Assembly: GCF_004010195.1 (NCBI RefSeq)
Contig: NC_057719.1
Span: forward strand, 84,589,651-84,628,706
Reading direction: 5' to 3'
DNA: 39,056 nucleotides
Source: Chiloscyllium plagiosum
Taxonomy: Eukaryota
The notes under the pieces are model-generated. The model was not told the DNA's origin and did no database searches. It saw nothing but the letters and a program-made list of their open reading frames with translations. Below, in pieces: positions 33,256 through 39,056 of this stretch. Each line of letters starts with the position of its first letter. The stretch's first letter is position 1. Both the position numbers and the translations under genes were made by a program.

Positions 33256-34880
33256 TGGTGGTGATTTGGGATGGCAGCAACTGGGAGCTCAGGATCTTTC
33301 TGCACACAGAGAATGTATGTGTTATGTAAAGCAGTCACCCAGTCTACTCTTTGTTACCTCAAAGTAGAGAACACCACATTGTGAACAGTGAATGCAGTAG
33401 GCGACAGCGACTGAATTACAGATAAAGTGCTGATTCACCTAGAATGTGTGTTTGGGCCATTGGATCTTGGGGAGGGAGGAATTACACTGGCACGTGTTAA
33501 ACCTTCTGCAGTTGCAGGGGAAGGTGCTATGAGGCTGTGTTGAGCATGTTGAGGATGAAAGAGGAGTGGACCAGGCTTTCGCAGAGGGAATAGTCTGACA
33601 AGGAAGGGGAGAGGGATATGTGTCTGATGGTGGCATCCTGCTAGAGGTGGCTGAAATGGCAGCTAATGATGCTCTGGATGCGGATGCTAGTGGGATGGTA
33701 AGGGCCCTGTTGCTGTTGTGGGAGGGAGGCAGGCAATGGAGTATCTGGGAGAATGGAATAGTGTCTTTACAGTAAGTAGGGGTGTGAGGATATATATATT
33801 CAAGGTATCTGTGGGAGTTGGTTGGCTTGCATTGGATACTGGTGGCCAGTCTATTGCCAGAAATGGAAATAAATATCAAGGAAGGGAGGAGTCATGGATG
33901 GACTGTGTAAATTTGAAGAGAAAGTGATGAACTCTCCAATTTAGATGAGAGACTGAAGCAGCATTGATGATACCATTGATATGTTGGCGAAAGAGTTGTG
34001 GGTGGGGAATAGAGTAGGACTGGAACACACGAAGTTCCACACACCCCACCAAACAGACCTGCATGACTTTCATCCTTGATGAAGGGCTTGTGCCCGAAAC
34101 GCCGATTCCCTTGCTCCTCGGATGCTGCCTGACTGGTTGTGCTTTTCCAGTACCACACGTTTCAATTCTGATCTCCAGCATCCGCAGTTCTCACTTTCTC
34201 CTGGATAACTGGGGCCTGTGCACATACCCATGACCACCCCCTTTGACAGGAAGAAAGTGAGAGAGGTTGAAAGATGTTGTTCAGGGTGAGGGCAAATTTG
34301 TCAAGGGGAGAAATGAGATGCTGGATAGTTATCGTTCAGGCCTGTTTTTCCAGAAAGAAACTGAGAGCGTGCAGTCCGTCCTGATTGGGAATGGATATGT
34401 GAAGGGATTGAACGTCTGTGGTAAAGAGGTGGTGACTGAATTTCTGAAAGTGGTGTAAAGATTCAGAAATCACAGATGTAAGTGGGAAGAGACGAGACAA
34501 AGGGAGGAAAAAGTCAAGTCAAGGTTGGAAGAAATGAGTTCTGTGGTGCAGGAGCAGGTAGAGACAGTGGATCTTGGGTAGGAGGTAGAAATGAGCTGTG
34601 CGGGGTTGGGAGACTGAGCTTAGAAGAATTGTGGGGGCATGGGGGGAGGCGGCTTCTGGGAGCTGGCGCTCAACCTCCGTAATGTAGAGGCCAGTCTGGT
34701 AGACAACAGAACCATCCTTGTCAGCAAGCTTAATTACAAATTTGGGGTTGGAACTAAAAGCAGTGAGTGCAGTCACTTCGTGGGGGAGATAGGTTGGGAT
34801 GGGTGATGGGGTCAGAGAAACTGAGACGACCAATGTCATGTTGACAGTTTCTAAGGGTTCCTGGGGTAGGGGGTAGGTGA
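33256..34880 (-). mobile_element. Penelope-like element ORF (RT to GIY-YIG), decayed
   Basis: Minus-strand remnants VIKLADKDGSVV, PRTAHFYLLPKIH, KGVVMGM, KPTNSHRYLEY...CKDTIPFSQ and TFPCNCRRFNTC. Confidence 0.85.
34070..34202 (+). mobile_element. PLE terminal repeat with near-intact hammerhead, nested in the opposite orientation in the PLE ORF
   Basis: TTGATGA-AGGGC-TTGT-GCCC-GAAAC-GCC-GAT (34076-34106) plus the conserved body ending TCACTTTCTCCT. Confidence 0.8.
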
Positions 34881-34948
34881 GAGGGGGAACGGTTGGGAAA
34901 ACCTAAGCATTGTGCATCTCACATTTTTCTCTTTTCTTTCCTGTTCAG

Positions 34949-34998
34949 GGAGTTTGTGACTGATAAAATGATGATGATAATGCAAGATGTGGAAAATG
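34949..34998 (+). CDS. KNL1: KNL1 coding exon 5, (K)EFVTDKMMMIMQDVEN; gene continues downstream
   Basis: Long pyrimidine tract tttttctcttttctttcctgttcag|G; donor G|gtaagt; 50 nt, phase 2 to 1. Completes the K-x-F that follows RVSF (human IKVF). Confidence 0.8.
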
Positions 34999-35599
34999 GT
35001 AAGTATGATTCCACTTCAGAATACAGATGTCATGAGTTAATTTTTATATCAGGACAAAAAAAACTTAACAAAATTATTGGGATCAAGAATCGGCCATTCT
35101 TCAGGGAATCAAGAAAGCATACTGTTCACAGGGCTTTAACAATGGATGCACTGGAATCAGTGGGAAGGGCACTAAACTAAGTAGGTAGGTGTTTACAATG
35201 GGCAGTTTTAGAAAGTTAATAATCAATGATAGTTCAGTGATGCAATAAATCAAGTGACAGGAAGAGGCAGAGCAATGAAACAAGAGTACCGGTGAATAAA
35301 GTCAGAATAAGAAAGATTGAAGAGACAGAATTAAAGTTTTTTTTAATCTAAATGCATGGAGTATAGGGACCAAAATGGGCTGCTTGATTTTCAGGGAGTA
35401 CTTTTTTGTTTCTCATTGTCTCAAGCACATGATTAAACGATGCAATTTTTTTTACTAATGTTTACCTGCTGTATATGTGTTCACTTTTCTAAAAAAAGCT
35501 TTTCCTCTTTTCTTAAAAAAAGGATATAGCACAAATACTCAAGATTATATAGTCTTTTTTGTTAGATTTTTAACGCATTCAAAGCATGTGGGTATAACT

Positions 35600-35825
35600 G
35601 GCCAGACCTTATAAGGATGGCAGTTTCCTTCCCTAATGGGCACTAGTGGACAAGATGAGTTTTTCTGACAGCTTTCGTGGTCATCATTAGACTCTTAATT
35701 TCAGATATTTATTGAATTCAAATTTCCATCATCTGCCATAGTGGGATTCCAACCTGGGTCTCCAGAACACTGGCAAGGTTTCTGGATTAAAAGTCTAATT
35801 CTGTGACCACAAGACCATCAACTCA
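35600..35825 (-). mobile_element. Isolated copy of the tRNA-like head found at 4137-4400
   Basis: The reverse complement shares TTTGAATTCAAT and AGGGAAGGAAACTGCCATCCTT-type blocks with 4210-4340. Confidence 0.6.
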
Positions 35826-36895
35826 TATTAAATCTTTTAACCTGGAATCTGAGTGTATGTTTTGTTTAGATTATGATAAATAAAGCTCGTAAACCATGTT
35901 TCCAAAATGGGGTCATGGAATACCGTGAACTGACATTAATTCAAATTTAGTAGGTGGCAAACTAGGTCAGGAAAATTTGATCAATTATGAACTGAAAAAT
36001 TCAGAGCATCACATTGGGACAAGTCTCAAAAATTATACGTTCAATTTGATGCAACTGCATATTTTGAATCATAAATGCGTTTTCCCAACAGCAACCAGAA
36101 ACAGGTCTACCAAAGCTGCAAATCCCACTCACTCAACAGCTGAGTGATCCACCGAAGCTGCCTTCACCCCACTTTTGTACTCCAAAAATAATCTCTCCAG
36201 TGTTGGGCTTTTCTTCTATTTCAGAAATGTTCTGCATAATAGTTTGTTGACCTGTACAAGCCAATCCAATGTATATAGAATCTACACCGTATATCCACTG
36301 TTTTTCTCCTCCCAAATTTCACCTTTTCTATACCCCTCAGCAAGGATTCTGACTCATTGCTTTTCTAACAAATAAGCTTAAGAAAATAATGACAGTAAAT
36401 TAGTTAGTGATTTTATTATGGAATGTGAGCAATCATATAAATCAGTGATGTCCCTCAGCTTAAAACGCCACCAGTTGTCTCTCTTACTTTAGAGTTTATG
36501 ATGTTTATGATGAATAGAGAATTGGCTAATGAACAGGAAGCTGAACTGTGTTAAGTGGCTCATATCAGGTTAGCAAAAATTAATCAGATTGGTGCTCGGC
36601 CTCAGCTATTTGTAATCTGTGTTAATGACTTGGATAACAAGACTGAAGGATGTCTTGAGGCAGAGTGAGGAGTGTCCCTGGTTCTGAGCCAGAATCTCTG
36701 AGATCAAACATCACCTCCGGATTAATGGCCAAGGAAGGTGTGTTTGTAACGCAGCCAAATTAGTTCAGTGTCAATTTGTAGATTGTTCCAATAAACATCA
36801 AATTCAGGCAGGAAGAGCACGAGAGTTTCCTGGTAAGCCATATGATGGAGACAAAATTGAAGCCTTTATTATCACTGTTCAAAGTCTTTAACTAC

Positions 36896-37120
36896 AATGT
36901 GGGTGGCTCAGTGGATAGCATTGACAGCCTGACAGTACCAGTGACCCGGGTTCGATTCCAGCTTCTGTGACTGAAGTTTGCGTGTACTTCCAGTTTTTCA
37001 ATAGGTTTCTCCTGTTTCCTCCATAATTCAAAGATATGCAGGGTAGGTGGATTGACCATGTTAAATGACCCATGGTGTGCAGGGATTGCAGGCAAGGTGG
37101 ATTATTCATGGTAAATAAGG
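36896..37120 (+). mobile_element. Old V-SINE
   Basis: A box TGGCTCAGTGG, B box GGTTCGATTCC and a degenerate V-domain. Confidence 0.75.
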
Positions 37121-37379
37121 ATAGAGGTATAAGTATATGTAGCCAAATTTGTTAATGATACAAAGGACATTAAGTTGAGGATGATGCAAAGAGAGCAAAT
37201 TGATCTAAGTTAAGTGAGTGGGCAAAAATGTGGCAGATGAGATGTTGCAAATGAGACATTGTTCCACTTTGGTACAAAAATAGATAAGCAGGATATTACT
37301 CAACTGGTGAAACAACTGTCCAGAAGGATTACGGTCTCTTTGTATATGAATCAGGTTATCATACAAGTATAGCTCAGCT

Positions 37380-37860
37380 GGGTACTGCAGATGCTGGAGA
37401 ATAGTGATGCTGGAAAAGCACAGCAGGTCAGGCAGCATCCGAGGAGCAGGAAAATCGACGTTTTGGGCAAAAGCCTTTCATCAGGAATTTCCTGATAAAG
37501 GGCTTTTGCCCAAAACGTCGATTTTGCTCCTTGGATGCTGCCTGACCTGCTGTGCTTTTCCAGTACCACTCTAATGTTGACTCTAATCTCCAGCATCTGC
37601 AGTACCCACCTCCGCCTGGTTGATTTTAACCTTACTGTGAATCCTCTTCCAAGGATGCCTACCTTGAAGAAGTTCTCCTCCTCTCTCTACAAGGATCTCC
37701 GTGAGTCTCTCTCTCTCACTGCAATCCCCAGGTCATCTCCTCTGCCCTGAAGCTCTTAAACCATGTCCTGAAATAGAGTCACTATCACAGCCACATCTCC
37801 TTCCACAGTGCCTGCCTCTGGAACCAACTGATCCCATGTGGACTCAGAACCACATTCAGA
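37380..37860 (+). mobile_element. PLE 5' end: inverted terminal repeats (palindrome 37380-37606, two hammerhead cores) followed by ORF N-terminus
   Basis: Arms are reverse complements centred at ~37488 (TCAGGAA-T-TTCCTGA). The downstream frame QVISSALKLLNHVLK*SHYHSHISFHSACLWNQLIPCGL resembles the PLE N-terminal HxxFLxxC...PxGL motif. Confidence 0.8.
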
Positions 37861-37869
37861 CCATATCAT

Positions 37870-38370
37870 CCAAATACACCAAGTGATCAGGAAGACACCT
37901 GGAATTTTAGCCACTTTTGATCGGTTGATAGATTATAAAAAGAAAGAATTCTTGTCACAGCTATGTAGATCTTTGTTGAGGCATCACCCAGATACTGCAT
38001 ACTTTATTGGCTCTTATTTAGAGGGATACACTTTCATTGGAAGCAGTTTAGAGAAGGTTTACTAGTTTGATTCCTGGGGTGAAGTATTTGTCGTACTATT
38101 AAAATTGGATCTTGTCATTTAGAAGAATGATAAGTGATGTTGATAGGATAAATGGATAGATGCTAGTGAATGTTTTCCCTCCTGGTGCAGCCTAAAACTA
38201 GAAAAAAACAGTTGCTAAATAAGGAGTATTCCATTTAAGACCAAGATTAAAAATTTCTTCTCTTGAGATTTGTTAATTTCTGTGCCATAGAGACGAGTGG
38301 AGATTTATCAGCCTCAAATTATATTTAGAATATTGATTTCAAGGAGTGGAGGTTTAGAAGTAGATAATGT
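37870..38370 (+). mobile_element. Old CR1 3' fragment (other pieces at ~36510-36650 and ~37130-37360)
   Basis: QVIRK...IDYKKKEFLSQLCRSLLRHH remnant and CR1 3' UTR-like blocks. Confidence 0.65.
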
Positions 38371-38574
38371 AGGTAGCATCTGTCTTCTATAGCACATTTT
38401 CAACATGAAAATATCCAAAAGCATTTCACTGGTGCATTATACAAAAAAACACACACAGAATCACCTGGGTATTAAGTCAGATGACCAAAACACTAGTCAA
38501 AGAAGTAATTTTTAAGAATTTGTTTGAAGGAGACAAGCGAGATTAAAAAAGCATGACACCAATAGTAGCACGAT

Positions 38575-39056
38575 TATAGTCATAGAGTCATAGTCATAGA
38601 GTCATATAGCACGGTAACAGACTCTTCGGTCCAATCAGTCATGCCGAACATAATTCCAAACTAAACTAGTTCCCATGATCTGCTCCTGGCCCACATCCCT
38701 CCAAACCTTGCCTATTAATTTATTTATTTAAGTGTCTTTTAAATGTTGTAACAGTGCCCATATCCCTCACTTCCTCAGGAATATAATTCCACACGCGAAC
38801 ACTGCCCCCCCAACCGTGTAAAATCTCGCCCCTCACCGATATCTTTTTAAAAAATCTCTCTCCTCTCACCTTAAAAATATGCCCCCTAGGCTTTAAATTC
38901 TCCCAAGAAAAAATACAGCTACCATTAATGCTAGCTATACCCCTTGTGATTTGTTAAACCTCTATAAGGTCACCCCTCAACCTCCTAAGCTCTAGTAAGG
39001 AAAATCCCACCCTATCCAGACTTTCTTCATAATTCCAACCTTCCATACCATCTTCA
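38575..39056 (-). mobile_element. HER1/CR1 LINE 3' end with (ATAGTC/ATAGAGTC)n tail; runs off the window end
   Basis: Tandem tail ATAGTCATAGAGTCATAGTCATAGAGTCA followed by reverse-complement CR1 3' sequence homologous to 31160-31430. Confidence 0.85.

Noticed and set aside
36080..36150. Next KNL1 exon (cccaacag|CAACCAGAAAC...)
   Set aside because: Modest acceptor, only weak donors, and the frame hits TGA. I could not support any further exon between 35000 and 39056.
192..38065. The supplied six-frame ORFs as protein-coding genes
   Set aside because: They are short chance ORFs or translations of SINE/LINE/LTR/PLE debris (for example the repeated LSVWSLHILPVSAWVSSGCSGFLPQSKDVQVR from V-SINEs). 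Only 34893-35180 overlaps a real exon in frame.

Overview
Eukaryotic, repeat-dense genomic DNA from a cartilaginous fish, inferred from abundant HE1-type V-SINEs and HER1/CR1-type LINEs. It is not prokaryotic, and essentially none of the supplied six-frame ORFs is a real gene. The host gene is the 5' part of KNL1 (CASC5/Spc105 kinetochore scaffold) on the + strand. It has a CpG-island promoter at ~1950-2390, a probable non-coding exon 1 ending at 2386, and five small coding exons (9520-9554, 13520-13562, 17057-17116, 22355-22422, 34949-34998). These splice in frame to MDENFPVFPEANAEIQEEKCKRRQSGILKVSRSPLRTLKEADISQKMEPVGKLRRSSRRVSFAETKEVKEFVTDKMMMIMQDVEN..., carrying the [SG]ILK and RVSF PP1-docking motifs; the gene continues beyond the window. 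The introns and upstream flank hold nested, decayed retroelements: CR1/HER1 and L2-like LINEs, an L1 ORF1 fragment, V-SINEs and other tRNA-derived repeats, a Gmr1-type (IN-before-RT) LTR retrotransposon with a 4-bp TSD, a candidate solo LTR, and many Penelope-like element (PLE) pieces. The most notable non-obvious signals are: (1) short PLE terminal repeats carrying minimal type-I hammerhead ribozyme cores, some in head-to-head palindromes and with 10-15 bp duplications; (2) a possible divergent transcription unit from the same CpG island; (3) a candidate in-frame 24-nt microexon inside the intron that splits the GILK motif; (4) near-identical inverted SINEs flanking the PP1-motif exons; (5) a 42-bp micro-inversion in a LINE endonuclease. 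Repeat boundaries were read by eye and are approximate, and family names come from recognition, not a database search.
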